Shown here in pieces: positions 10,079-21,173 of a stretch of 64,000 nucleotides of DNA. Source of the stretch: an uncultured delta proteobacterium (lineage in GTDB: Bacteria; Desulfobacterota; WTBG01; CAIYCZ01; CAIRTM01); NCBI GenBank assembly GCA_963804955.1, contig CAWDSQ010000014.1, positions 96,001 through 160,000 of the forward strand, in the 5' to 3' direction. The notes beneath the pieces were generated by a model, which saw only the letters and a list, made by a program, of their open reading frames with translations, was not told the DNA's origin and ran no database searches. The number at the start of each line of letters is the position of its first letter. The first letter of the stretch is position 1. A program made the position numbers and the translations under genes.

Positions 10079-10627
10079 TATGTTAAAGGGGGCATCAAAG
10101 CGTGACAATTGAGAATTTAGAATGTTATTTCATGGAGTTCCGTTTGTCAATAGAAAACCTATCAACAAAAAAATTTTGTCACTTTGTCACACTGCCGTCC
10201 TGTTCCGAGTATTTTTTTTGGTGAAATCCGACAAAAACTTTAACTACAACACAGCCAGGGCCTGATAAAGCTCTAGTGACATTCTGGCAGCAAGAATACT
10301 GTTTATCCTTTTAAAGCTATGTGATAACACGGGTGCACCAACGTATAAAAATATGCACAACTTCGTATCAAACGGCTCATGCTTTGGTTATACACTATAT
10401 AATTTTACTTCACTTATTGTATTCCCTGCCACCCCGTTCGCCAATGCCGGCCAAGCTCGTCCGCAACAACTTTGAGATAAAATTTTTTATGGCTTTATTT
10501 TTGCTTAAATAATAGGCTACACTCTGAATAGTTTTGCCGGCAGACTGACTGCGCGGCCCTAATGGTATCGATTTACATGGCGCCCATTCCAGGGGCATCA
10601 TGTGCTACACACCAATGGAGAAGGTTC

Positions 10628-12102
10628 ATGGAACAAGGCAATCCCGGCAGCTTTAAAAAATACATGCATCCTCTTGAAGAATCCGTTTTGTCTCTGGCAA
10701 CGGGAAGAATCGAAAACCCGGTTCCGGAACCGCCCAAAGATAATGTCATACCGATGACGCCGCGCATCGAGGAGCTGCGGCGGCTCCGGAGGCAGAGCCT
10801 GCAGCGCCGGTTGATAAGCTGCAATCGATATCCACGCTGATAAATGAATGCATGATCTACATAAACAAGCAGGTCCTTGGCCGCAAAGACATTGTGCGCC
10901 AGTCCTTTCTGGCGCTCATGACCGGCGAGCATCAGCTGATCATCAGCCGCACGGGTATGGCAAAATCGCTGCTTGCCCGGCAGATATTCGCCTGCTTTGA
11001 CGGAGCAACTGTTTTTGAAAAGCAGCTCACCAAAGACACCATGCCGGAAAATCTGTTCGGCGCCTACGACATCGAAGCCATGAAAAAGGGTAAAATGATC
11101 CACAATGTCGAGGGGTCGCTCGTGCTGTCGCATTTCGCCTTTCTTGATGAAATTTTCGACGCCAATGACATGCTGCTGCGGGCGCTGCTCTCCGTGCTCA
11201 ATGAAAAGCAGCTCGTGAACGGCGAGCAGATGGTTTCCTCGACGCTGCACAGCGCTATCGGAGCTGCCAACTATATCCGCATTACCGAGGTGCTCGAGGC
11301 GGTGCTGGACCGGTTTCTCTACAAAAGCTTCATCCCGGAAAACAAGGATCTGTATTTTCAATACTCCATCGACCAGATTTACCAGGAGCATTTCGGCAAA
11401 GTGGCTGCACCCGAGCGGCGCCTGACCCTCGGGGAGCTGTCATTTGTAAAAAAGCTTGTGCAGAGCAAGCAGCTGGAGATACAGGGCTATGTGCTGTTTC
11501 TCAAAAACTATATTCTGAAAAAGTATATTGAAGAGACCCGCGCCGTGGTCTCCGACCGCAAAGACTATACGATCAGCGACCGCAAAAGCGCGAAAACACA
11601 GGATACGATGCGCGCCTCCGCCATTATGGACGGAAGAACCGAAGTTGATGAAAGAGATCTCGACAGCCTCTACTATGTCATCTGTACCCTGGGGCGCGAG
11701 GAAGAAAAAATACGGTTCGATAAAATACTCAATGCCACCAAAAACTATTTCCGGCAGGACAAAACGATTCTGGAAAACATGTTCAATGCCATCGGCATTT
11801 TCAACATCATCAAAAAAAGCAAAAGCACCGACTCGTTGAGGAGCGACCAGGCATTCCAGGAGGTGCATCAAAAGCTTGAGCGGGTGGCAAAGTCGGAAGG
11901 CTCCGTGCTGATGGAATACTTCACGAAGCTGCGCCAGAAATTCATGTCCCTCACGCGCGACAACTTTCTGCCCGAAACATTCACGCTGTTTGAAAACTTG
12001 AGCGAAATGTCGCTGAAAGAGGCCAAATCACGCGAAACCAGAGATCTGATTTCAGGATTCCGGGAAGATGTCTTTCATGAAAAAAAGATCGCTCTCAAGT
12101 AA
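10628..12102 (+). CDS. MoxR/RavA-like AAA+ ATPase (apparent frameshift near 10772 joins ORFs 10628-10840 and 10852-12102)
   Basis: Walker A-like SRTGMAKS, PENLFG, Walker B FAFLDEIF, LLSVLNE, AVLDRF; upstream frame reads AAAPEAEPAAPVDKLQ continuously into the ORF. Confidence 0.8.
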
Positions 12103-12108
12103 GCCGCT

Positions 12109-13684
12109 ATGGACGCAGCAGCATTTCAATCTCAGCTTGAATTCTATATGCCGCCCTGCGGCGTATGCAATATGGAGACGCTGCGCTTCACGCCCGAGAT
12201 GCTGAAAATTTTCTATATCGCCCGTGTCCTGTTCAGCGAAACAAGCACCCACCGCATTAAAGCACAGACCGCTCCGCTTCTGAACCGTGAGGAAATATTC
12301 ACCTCGCACACCGTCACATCCCCGATTGATACCGAGGCGACAAACCCCTCCCTCATGGACAATTTTATCAACCTGACCAAAATGACGGCCCTGCGCGACA
12401 TCGCCCGCCTGCTGCCGCGCGAATATTTCCTGTACTCCGACCTGATATTTTATAAAAAGCTTGCCAACCGGGAGCTCATAAAAATCGATTATGAAAGCCC
12501 GTCCGGGGGCGTTACGTCAGTTGACAGCTTTCTCAAACACCATGAAACCGAGCTGAAGCGCAGCCAGAAAGTGTATCTGCTGTTTGACAACTCAACATCC
12601 ATGAACGGCGAAAAGTTCAAAAAGCTCTTCGTCGCCAAGGCCATCGCCATTGAATATCTGCGCCGCGTCTGCCGGGAGCATCCGCAGATATACTTTCGCT
12701 CTTTTCACACTGACGTGGGCAGCCTGGTAAAAGCCGCAACCGAAGAAAGCATCTACAAGCTCATCAACCACATCTCCCAAATCCAGACCGGCGGCGGCCG
12801 CATCACCAATATCGGCGATGCCATCGTGCAGGCCATCGAAGACATTACCGCCGACCCCGAGCTTGAGCAGGCTGAAATCATGGTGCTGACCGACGGCTTC
12901 GGCCCCATCCCGACGGATTTACGGCAGCAGCTCGGCGAAATCAAGCTCCACATCGTTCTGATTCCGGACCTTGACATTGAAAAAATCCTCACCCTGTACC
13001 CGACCCGGCAGGAGTGGGAGCGCGGCGGGCCATCAGGCACCCGGCCCATGCCCGACTTCTGGCAGTACTACAGCAAAACGCCTCCTCCCATGTTTCTCGA
13101 AGGAGAGGAGATGTACAAGGACACGATGCGCTCCTATCAGCTGGCCAGCAAGTCCATCTCCGACCAGAAAGCGCTTGAAGTACTCCAGGGGCTCAACCAG
13201 ATCTATAAGCTGCATGATGTGTGCAAGGAATTTATCTTCGTGCTCATCACCTCGATTCTCAACGAATCGTTTCAATTTTCCGTCAGCGACCTTGAGAGCA
13301 TGGAAGCCCATATCCGCGAGCTGAACGAAAAAGATATAAGCGCCATGAACAACGAGCAGAAGCTGCAGTTTCTGCAGGCGGTCAATTTCCTGCTCCAGTT
13401 TTTGATGATGGCCCGGTCAAATGCCAAAGACAAGGCGACCAAGCAGAAAATAGGCGAGCTGCGCGTATTCCTCGAGGCGATCCAGGCCCGCATTATGCAG
13501 GACCCCTGGATACGCACCATGCTCCAGGCCGATGATATTAAAATCAACTTCAAGTTCGACCTCGGGCGCCGCGCGCAAGGAAGACCAGATGCCGATGCTT
13601 GAGGCTTTCGGCTGGCTCATGCGGTTTTTCTGGCAAACAATTTCCGACGCCTTCCGCCGCATCTGGCATGAGTATAAGATGTGA
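12109..13684 (+). CDS. vWA-domain protein (ViaA-like partner of the AAA+ ATPase); probable frameshift near 13565
   Basis: MIDAS DNSTS, GGGRITNI and LTDG motifs; 6 nt after the ATPase; alternate frame extends the ORF from 13602 to TGA 13684. Confidence 0.75.
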
Positions 13685-13754
13685 GCTCGTCAGCAACTGC
13701 AAACCGTGACCGCACGACGCCCCATCTTTTGTCTTTAACACCTCGGCAATAAAC

Positions 13755-15076
13755 ATGACGAAAAAAAACCTCACCATCTCATTTACAACCCTTGGGTGCA
13801 AGGTCAACCAGTACGACTCGGGCGCCATGGCTGACGTGCTGAGGCAGGAAGGCTACAGCATAGCGCCGACGGCATCAGGGGCCGATATCTGCATCATCAA
13901 CACCTGCGTGGTAACCGAGAGCACCGAAGCCCAGTCGCGCCAGCTTATCCGCCGGGTGCTGCGCGAGCAGCCCGGCTGCCGCGTCATCGTAACGGGCTGC
14001 TATGCCCAGAAATCGGCAAAGGCATTGCAGGCACTGTCCGACAGGGTATCGGTGATCGGCAATACGGAAAAAAAAGATATCGCAGCTTTTGTCGCATCGC
14101 TTCAGGCAGGCCGATCTTCATTTGCAGCGGTATCTGATATCGCGGCGGAAAAAACTTTACCACGCCTGCCTGCACAAAACTTTTTGACCGCACGCGGGCA
14201 TTTCTGAAAATTCAGGACGGGTGCAACAGCCGCTGCACCTACTGCATCGTGCCGTCTGTGCGCGGCCCGAGCCGCAGCCTGCCGGCAGGTGAAGTCAAAG
14301 CCCGGATTATCGAGTTAAAGCAGGAAGGCTACCGCGAGATTGTGCTCACCGGCATACATCTGGGGGCCTTCGGCCTTGATGCCCGGCCCCGGACAAGTCT
14401 TGCCGGCATGCTTGCGAGCCTTGAAGACGAGGAGGCCCTTGCCGGCATGCGCCTGCGTCTGAGCTCCATAGAGCCCACAGAATTCACCCCGGACCTTATA
14501 GACATAATCGCCCGGTCGAAGCTCATCTGCCCCCATGTTCATATTCCGCTGCAAAGCGGCGATGCCGATATTTTAAAAAAAATGGGGCGGCCCTACAGCC
14601 CGATATTTTTCCAGGAGCTTATACTGCGTCTTGCAGAGGCCATACCCGGCCTCAATATCGGCATCGACGTCATTGCCGGCTTTCCCGGCGAAACAGACAA
14701 AGCTTTTAAAAATACGGCAGAACTGCTGCACGGGCTGCCTGCCGGCTACCTGCATGTATTCCCCTATTCGCGGCGCTCAGGCACGCCTGCGGCTGATTTT
14801 ACGGACCAGGTGGCAGCGCAGATCAAAAAAGAGCGGGCTCTAAAGCTGCGGCAGATATCGGATGAAAAACGCCGCCGCTTGTATGCCGCCCATGCAGGCG
14901 CCATTGTGCCGGTGCTTGTGGAGAACCGCCGCCACAAAAAAACCGGGCTTCTGCGCGGCATATCGCGCAACTATATTCCTGTGCTTTTTGAGGGACCAGC
15001 CGGCCTTGCCGGGCAGGAAGTGCCCGTACAAATTATTACAACGGACACGGAGGAGCCGCAGGGGCGGCTGGCCTAA
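13755..15076 (+). CDS. mtaB: tRNA t6A37 methylthiotransferase MtaB (frameshift near the A-run at ~14150)
   Basis: TLGCKVNQYD, INTCVVT, VTGCYAQ; radical-SAM KIQDGCNSRCTYC in the shifted frame; LSSIEP, HIPLQSG, HVFPYSRRSGT. Confidence 0.9.
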
Positions 15077-15230
15077 AAACCGCTGCTCCTCTCGGGCGAA
15101 GCATTAAAACAGCATTTAAACTTTTGATTTTTTTGACAAAATTTATTATATACTAATGGTAGTATTATTCAGGTTAGAATAATTTTATTCCGTTCATGCA
15201 ATACGGGTTTTCAAACATACTGCTTGAGGG

Positions 15231-15578
15231 GTGCGGACAATGATCGATATCGGGGATTTCAACATCAACAGGCGCGGTAAATTTCGCGCCAAAACCAGGC
15301 TGAACGCCCAGTACTTCATAAAAAAACAAAGCTCTCAATATCTTGATTGCCAGATCGTCAATCTCAGCCGCACCGGGGCCGCAGTCAGCGTGCCTATGAC
15401 AGAAAAACTACAGTGCGGATATATTATGTTTCTTGATATTTATATACCGAAAACACTTATGCATGTCTCGGCACAAGCTGAAATCAAGCGCATTGAACAA
15501 AGGGAGCAGGAAATTATCGGCGGTGTCAAGTTTACAGAACTGATCAGCCAGTCCGTATTTGAACAGCTTACCAAATAG
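15231..15578 (+). CDS. PilZ-domain protein
   Basis: RRGKFR (RxxxR) and NLSRTG (D/NxSxxG) c-di-GMP-binding motifs; GVKF near the C-terminus. Confidence 0.75.
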   Translation: MRTMIDIGDFNINRRGKFRAKTRLNAQYFIKKQSSQYLDCQIVNLSRTGAAVSVPMTEKLQCGYIMFLDIYIPKTLMHVSAQAEIKRIEQREQEIIGGVKFTELISQSVFEQLTK

Positions 15579-15721
15579 CCTGCTGCAACAGCCGGATTCC
15601 GGCCATGTTCAGCCACAGGCTCAGGACAAACAAATTCTATTGTAAAATCTTCAAAAAAAGTATCTAATACAAGGTATTAAAATCTACCTTCAGCAGCCAC
15701 ATACTATATAAGAAGATTTCC

Positions 15722-16117
15722 ATGAAACGAAAAACCACGCTCCTGCGCTTCACAACTGCAACTTCTCTGGCTCTCGGGCTTCTTTTTTTCCTTGCCGTGA
15801 TCGTCACAATCCAGGAGCAGAGGGTCCAGATAGCTCTGATCGGTTTCCTCATCGGCGCAGCATTAGTATGGCTTGTGTATCTGGCTATCTGGTTCATCGG
15901 GCGCGGCGTGAGCAGAACCATGTTTCCGGGATTGTCACGGCTGCTAATTATAAAGCTCAAGCAGAAGGCGCACCTGAGCCTGTCCGGCTACCAGGAAAAA
16001 ATGTTCATAGAAACCATCGGGGCTTTTCTCACCATATCCTCGATTCTCGGTCTGGCTGCCTGTGTCTTCTTCATCATTTCCGGCATCGTCTATATCGTGG
16101 GACGGCTCAGCTGGTAA
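15722..16117 (+). CDS. Hypothetical membrane protein
   Basis: 131 aa with three hydrophobic segments; 6 nt upstream of the kinase gene. Confidence 0.6.
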   Translation: MKRKTTLLRFTTATSLALGLLFFLAVIVTIQEQRVQIALIGFLIGAALVWLVYLAIWFIGRGVSRTMFPGLSRLLIIKLKQKAHLSLSGYQEKMFIETIGAFLTISSILGLAACVFFIISGIVYIVGRLSW

Positions 16118-16123
16118 TCTGTC

Positions 16124-16783
16124 ATGAATCAACCCTTTACCCGCGACGACCTGCGCCGAAAAGGCGCGGAAAAAATAAGCGGCGGCAGATGGGCCAATGC
16201 CGACCTGCTCCTGTACACACATTCTGACGGCGTCTGGGTCGTGAAAGACTTTACGCCCTGTTCGCCTTTCATCCGTAAAACATGGGGAGCCTGGATGGCG
16301 GCCCGCGAACTCCGGGCCCTTGTTCACCTGCAGGGCATACCAGGTATTCCCGCAGATCCCTTTGCCCTCGATACCTATGCATTCTGCTATCGTTTTGTTC
16401 CGGGAACAAACCTGAAATACATCCGGCGCACGAATCCTCCGGGCGCAGACTTTTTTCTCAAGCTTGAACAGTCGGTGAACCAGATGCACCAGCGGGGCAT
16501 TGTGCATCTTGACATTCGCTATATGCGCAACATTGTGGTGAGCGACACGGGCGATCCGCTGCTGCTTGATTTCCAGACATGCCTGTTTCTTAAACGGATA
16601 CCGCGCTTCGTGCATCAGTTTCTTAAAAATATTGACATCTCCGGCGTATACAAGTGCTGGAAACGCGTCAGCGGAAAGACCATCGATCCTGAGCGCCTGG
16701 CATTTCTCAACAAAATGGAAAAAAAACGCTCTCTCTGGGTGTTTAAAGGCTATCCGCTGGGAACGCGCGCATCGCGGCGCTGA
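16124..16783 (+). CDS. RIO/Kdo-like protein-kinase-fold protein
   Basis: VVKDF, ARE, HQRGIVHLD...RN and LLDF motifs. Confidence 0.75.
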   Translation: MNQPFTRDDLRRKGAEKISGGRWANADLLLYTHSDGVWVVKDFTPCSPFIRKTWGAWMAARELRALVHLQGIPGIPADPFALDTYAFCYRFVPGTNLKYIRRTNPPGADFFLKLEQSVNQMHQRGIVHLDIRYMRNIVVSDTGDPLLLDFQTCLFLKRIPRFVHQFLKNIDISGVYKCWKRVSGKTIDPERLAFLNKMEKKRSLWVFKGYPLGTRASRR

Positions 16784-16902
16784 AAGCCCTGCAGGCTAAA
16801 GTCCACTGCAACACGAAACACGCACCAGACTTCACCCATGACACCACGATCTCCTATTCGACTACAGGCTTATTGAGCAGTTGCAGGCGCCCTCTCCTCT
16901 TG

Positions 16903-17096
16903 GAGGCTGTGTCGCAATTAACTTTGCTGTCATCTCGACCCCTTCGGCTTTGCTCAGGGCAGGCTCCGGGAGAGATCTTTGTAGTAAGTAAAATCAAGGG
17001 CTTAAGATTGATGCGCGTGACGGTGGCGCAACCTGCGGACTCACCGCCTGCGACGGATTCGAAATGACATTAATAAATCAATTGCGACACAGCCTC
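16903..17096. mobile_element. MITE-like element with perfect 17-bp terminal inverted repeats
   Basis: GAGGCTGTGTCGCAATT (16903-16919) / AATTGCGACACAGCCTC (17080-17096); internal REP-like GTCATCTCGACC...TCGAAATGAC; non-coding. Confidence 0.65.
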
Positions 17097-17151
17097 TTGT
17101 GGTGAGGTGGGCTGAGGGGGCCTGCATAAAAATTTGGAAAAGCATCCCTAT

Positions 17152-17242
17152 TCGTTCGCCCTGAGCCTGTCGAAGAGCAGAACTATCGCATGCTCGTAAG
17201 GCAAATTTCCGTTCATGATTCGACAAGCCCACCACGAACGGA
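17152..17242 (-). repeat. REP-like dispersed repeat (second copy of 3912-3990)
   Basis: CGTTCGCCCTGAGCCTGTCGAAG...CCGTTCATGATTCGAC...CACCACGAACGG is the reverse complement of the copy at 3912-3990. Confidence 0.75.
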
Positions 17243-17284
17243 CATGCGTTGAGCGTACAATGCGGCTGCAAAATAATACGTGCT

Positions 17285-18304
17285 TTAACTTTTCAGCATC
17301 TGCAGCAGTTCTTTAACACGCTGAGGCGTTGGAATAGTGTAGGGGCATTTTTCAATACATGCACCGCATCCGGCGCATTTTTCAAGGGCCGGAAGCATTC
17401 GCTTTGCAAGTTCAAGTGTGTAGGCAACATCATCGCTCATGGGCTTCTGCCATGTTTTCATGTGCAGCATATGCACAAAGGGAATCATAATCCCATTCGG
17501 GCATGGCATGCAGTACGAGCACCGTCGGCAGAACTCCTTCCCGAGCACTGCAACTTCATCCTCAAGGCCGCGCAGTTCCCCGCCTGAAAGCGGCTGCCGA
17601 TTTTCAAAAACATTAAAATTTTGTTCAAGCTGCTCCATCGACATCATGCCGGGCGTCACAACGCCCGCTGGATGATTAAAGAAAAACCGCAATGCAAGAG
17701 CCTTGCTTTCGATAACGCCTCCGGCAAGCGGCTTCATGACCGAAGTCGCAACCCCCAGCGAAACCGCCTTTGCGAGCAGCCCATCAAGCGGTTCCCGCTC
17801 AATTATATTAAAGGGAAACATGGCAAGTTCAAACTCACCTGTATCGAGGGCCTCGGAAAGCGTTTTGGGATTGTGGCTGGTGATGGCGATATGGCCAATG
17901 CGGCCCCTGGCCTTCTGCTCCTTAAGAAAGGAAAGCGGCTCCTTCATTGCCATTTCCAGCTCACCCGGCTGATTGACGGCATGAAAACCATAAAAATCTA
18001 TGCGCTGGAGCTTGAGCCGTTCAAAACTCTGCTCAAAATCCCCGCGGAACGCATCAAGGCCCATTTTATAACTTGCTGAGCGCGATGTGATCACAAAATC
18101 CTTCCCGCACTTCGACAGCACGCGCCCCAGCTTCTCTTCGCTGTCCTGATAGGCCGAAGCCGTGTCAAAATACTGTATGCCAAGGTCAAGAGCCCTGTGG
18201 ATAATGGCATCAGACACCTCGGGCGTAACACGCGGCAGGTACATGGCCCCGAAGCCAAGCTCCGCAACTTCAAGCCCTGTTGAGCCGAGCTTTACTTTTT
18301 TCAT
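17285..18304 (-). CDS. Aldo/keto reductase with C-terminal 4Fe-4S dicluster domain
   Basis: LGFGAM, FDTASAYQDSE, MKPLAGG; CRRCSYCMPCP and CAGCGACIEKCP. Confidence 0.9.
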   Translation of the reverse strand: MKKVKLGSTGLEVAELGFGAMYLPRVTPEVSDAIIHRALDLGIQYFDTASAYQDSEEKLGRVLSKCGKDFVITSRSASYKMGLDAFRGDFEQSFERLKLQRIDFYGFHAVNQPGELEMAMKEPLSFLKEQKARGRIGHIAITSHNPKTLSEALDTGEFELAMFPFNIIEREPLDGLLAKAVSLGVATSVMKPLAGGVIESKALALRFFFNHPAGVVTPGMMSMEQLEQNFNVFENRQPLSGGELRGLEDEVAVLGKEFCRRCSYCMPCPNGIMIPFVHMLHMKTWQKPMSDDVAYTLELAKRMLPALEKCAGCGACIEKCPYTIPTPQRVKELLQMLKS

Positions 18305-18394
18305 GGCGACTCCCTGAATTTGATTGCATAAGGCTGTTCACCTGTGGATACTCATTGCTGTCGTACAATAAACATTAATGTATGCTCGGCTGCC

Positions 18395-19343
18395 ATGTCA
18401 ATATATTTAAAATTCGCGCTGTTTCAGTGCGCCATTATCATCCCGTTCATCGCAGGAATAGCCGCTCGTGCACGGTTAGAGAGCCCGCAGGATTTCAGCC
18501 GCAGGCTTCTGCGTATCAATATAATCGGCCTTGAGCCGCTCATTGTGCTGTGGTGCACCTGGGGTCTGACGGTATCGGCAGACCTTATTGTTTTGCCGGT
18601 CTGCGGGTTCGGGCTTATTGTGCTTGGCGTACTGGCAGGATCGCTTGCCGTACGAATGATGAGACTCTCCGGCAAGCGGCGGCAAACTTTTCTCATCACC
18701 GCATCGCTGGCAAACCATGGATTCACCATGGGCGGTTTTCTGTGCTACTTTTTTCTGGGCGAATTGGGACTGGGGCTTTCGGTGATTCTGGTGCTGTATT
18801 TCATCCCGTATGTATACTGCCTGGTGTTCCCCTATGCACGGGCAGGCGCCGGCCAAAGAATTTCATTCAGGGGTTTTTTTAAAAAAATCGTGTGCGACGT
18901 CCAGAACATGCCGCTGTTTGCTATGGCAGCGGGGCTGCTCCTGAACGCAACCGGGATCAAAAGGCCAGCATATCGCCTTTCCCCTGGACGCCTTGCTGCT
19001 GACCTCAATTTCCCTGTATTACCTGACGCTGGGAATAAGCTTCACGCGGATTGATGTGCGGAGCATCCGCAGGGAGCTGACGACGCTATCAGTCATAAAA
19101 TTCGCCGTGGTGCCGGGAGCAGCGTTTGCTGTGCTGCACCTTCTCCCGCTTGGCCCTGCGCTGAAAGCGGTCATTCAGCTGCAGGCTTTCATGCCGACCG
19201 CCATCTATTCAATGGTCACTGCCGTTCTTTTCGACCTTGACACTGACCTTGCATCCGGGCTTTTCGTCTGCAATACGGTTGTTTTTCTGACAACAGTGCT
19301 GCCGGTCATATTTATTTTTAAGGAAGCGCTGTTTGCGATGTGA
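18395..19343 (+). CDS. AEC (auxin efflux carrier) family transporter (frameshift near 18965)
   Basis: Multi-TM; ANHGFTMGG and MPTAIYS motifs; two overlapping ORFs form one family-length protein. Confidence 0.75.
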
Positions 19344-19383
19344 TGCTCCCCGCCTGGTAGGCGGGGCATCTCGGTGCTTAAAA

Positions 19384-19697
19384 TTGGTGAAATCGTAAAA
19401 GTCCCAGCGGATGCCCATTGCGAGGAAGGAGCGGAGCGACCGACGCAGCAATCTCCGACTCTGCACCGGCACATAAGATGGCCACGGCCTTCGGCCCGCG
19501 ATGGGCAAAAAAATCACCTGCTTGCATTGACCGTTTTTCGAGTCATGCACCACAATCAAGATCCTCAGGAGTAGCGGAACTACATGGCAAATCCGGTTTT
19601 TCGCAGGGGCTCAAAATCTTGAGCCCCCTACTCGCATAGAGAGTTTGCTTCACTGCGTTGGCAATGACAGTTTTTTGACTTTGTACGAGAACATCAA
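19384..19697. mobile_element. MITE-like element with nested REP-type palindromes
   Basis: Imperfect IRs TTGGTGAAATCGTAAAAGTC / GACTTTGTACGAGAACATCAA; internal CATTGCGAGG...GCAATCTC, TTGCTTC...GCAATGAC and GGGGCTCAAAATCTTGAGCCCC. Confidence 0.55.
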
Positions 19698-19837
19698 AAT
19701 TGATTTAATGGAGACCTGCCTTTTTGTGGCCGGTTACAAAGCGGGGATACAAAGGCAGGATTCCGGTAAAAAAACTCCTCGCAACCTGCCCGTGCAGCCG
19801 GAATCAGCTCGGGCAGCATGGCGCTCTTGTCAGCCCG

Positions 19838-19897
19838 TCCCTTACCGGGCGTATAGAGGACTTTCACCTCCCAGTGCGTGCGCCCTGCCGGGCGCAC
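19838..19897 (-). mobile_element. 5' fragment of a group IIC intron
   Basis: Minus strand GTGCGCCCGGCAGGGCG...GGAGGTGAAAGTCCTC...GCCCGG begins immediately after a terminator stem and T run; no RT ORF follows. Confidence 0.7.
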
Positions 19898-19927
19898 AAA
19901 AAAGGGGTGGGCATTTCTGCCCACCCC
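19898..19927 (-). terminator. Intrinsic terminator of the OmpA operon
   Basis: GGGGTGGGCA-GAAA-TGCCCACCCC followed by T6. Confidence 0.85.
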
Positions 19928-19953
19928 ATAAGGTACTCATCTGTTTCTAATCT

Positions 19954-20367
19954 TTAATTCTGCCATTGCCCGTTGCGGTACATGAAAATAGCTTTCACGG
20001 GTGATTGGCTCACAATGTCAAACGGACCCTGCTTTGCGGCATCCTGCGTCTTTCCATGACGCTGGTACTTTACCTCATTATAAGACAGTATGCCGACATA
20101 GATCTTTTTTGCAGGATCTGCTAGTTTCACCTGAGTACTGTAATTATCGCTGAACCCGTCATACTCAGCTATAAAGCCTTGATCAACCTTGCGGTAATGC
20201 ATCTTTTTGAATGCAAAATTGCTTACCGTTTGCATCCAATCATTGCAAAAGGTTGTAAAACGCTTCTCTACCGATTGAGGCTCAGCTGCCCATACAGCAC
20301 CGGGCGCTAACGCAATACACAACATTCCAACGAGGCACAGTTTAAAAAGTCTTTTTTTTGCCAGCAT
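19954..20367 (-). CDS. Secreted hypothetical protein
   Basis: Signal peptide ending VWA; 137 aa; start overlaps the OmpA stop codon. Confidence 0.7.
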   Translation of the reverse strand: MLAKKRLFKLCLVGMLCIALAPGAVWAAEPQSVEKRFTTFCNDWMQTVSNFAFKKMHYRKVDQGFIAEYDGFSDNYSTQVKLADPAKKIYVGILSYNEVKYQRHGKTQDAAKQGPFDIVSQSPVKAIFMYRNGQWQN

Positions 20368-21007
20368 TACTCGGCAACTTTAAACTCAACGCGCCGATTG
20401 ATCATGCGGCCTTTTTTGGTCTTGTTGTCGGCAATGGGATTTGCTTCGCCGTTGCCCACCGCGGTGAACCGCTCAGCCGCAAGGCCCTTACCAACCAGGT
20501 AGTCCTTTGCCGCCGCAGCACGCTTCTCGGAAAGCTTCGCATTATACTTCTCGGAACCCATATTGCAGGTGTTGCCCTCAATGGTCACATTCTTACTGGC
20601 GCATGCCGGCTTCTGCAGTGCTGCTGCCGCCTCGTCAAGAATCGGATAGTATTCTGGCTTAATTGTGGCCTTGTCAAAGTCAAACTGAACCGAATTTATT
20701 ACTATTTTGTCGCACACGGGCGCTGCCGCTACGGGTGCGGGTGCGGGCTTGGGCTCTTCCTTGCATACCAGATAGCCTGTCACGCCGCCGATCACAGCAC
20801 CTGCTACGCCGCCGATAATGCCGCCGCGGAGCCTTTGGTCGATGGACCCTGATCCCAGTTATGGCCGACTATCAGCCCTGCAGTTGTTCCGACTGCTGCT
20901 CCAGCTGCCGCGCCAACGCAGGCGCACTTTGCGCGTTTACTCATGGTCGAGCATCCGGTAAACACAAACAATGCTGCAACCATCAAAACAATAGCCTTTG
21001 ACTTCAT
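20367..21007 (-). CDS. OmpA-family lipoprotein with glycine zipper (frameshift near 20835)
   Basis: Lipobox FTGC, Gly-zipper, FDFDKATIK, EGNT, YNAKLSEKRA and NRRVEF. Confidence 0.88.
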
Positions 21008-21173
21008 GTTTTCCTCCTTCTTTAAATAAGTTAACGGGTTTTTGTTTATCTCTTTGCCAAGAGACTCTTTAATCTTAAATTCATATACCATATAACATAA
21101 TAAAAAAAAATATTCAATGGAATATTTTTGAACATAATTCGGCAAGGTTCTATGCACCCCTTCCCTGGTTTTT

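Noticed and set aside
14140..14250. Programmed ribosomal frameshift in mtaB (and other split genes)
   Set aside because: No programmed shifting is known for these families, and indels are spread across the whole window, favouring assembly error
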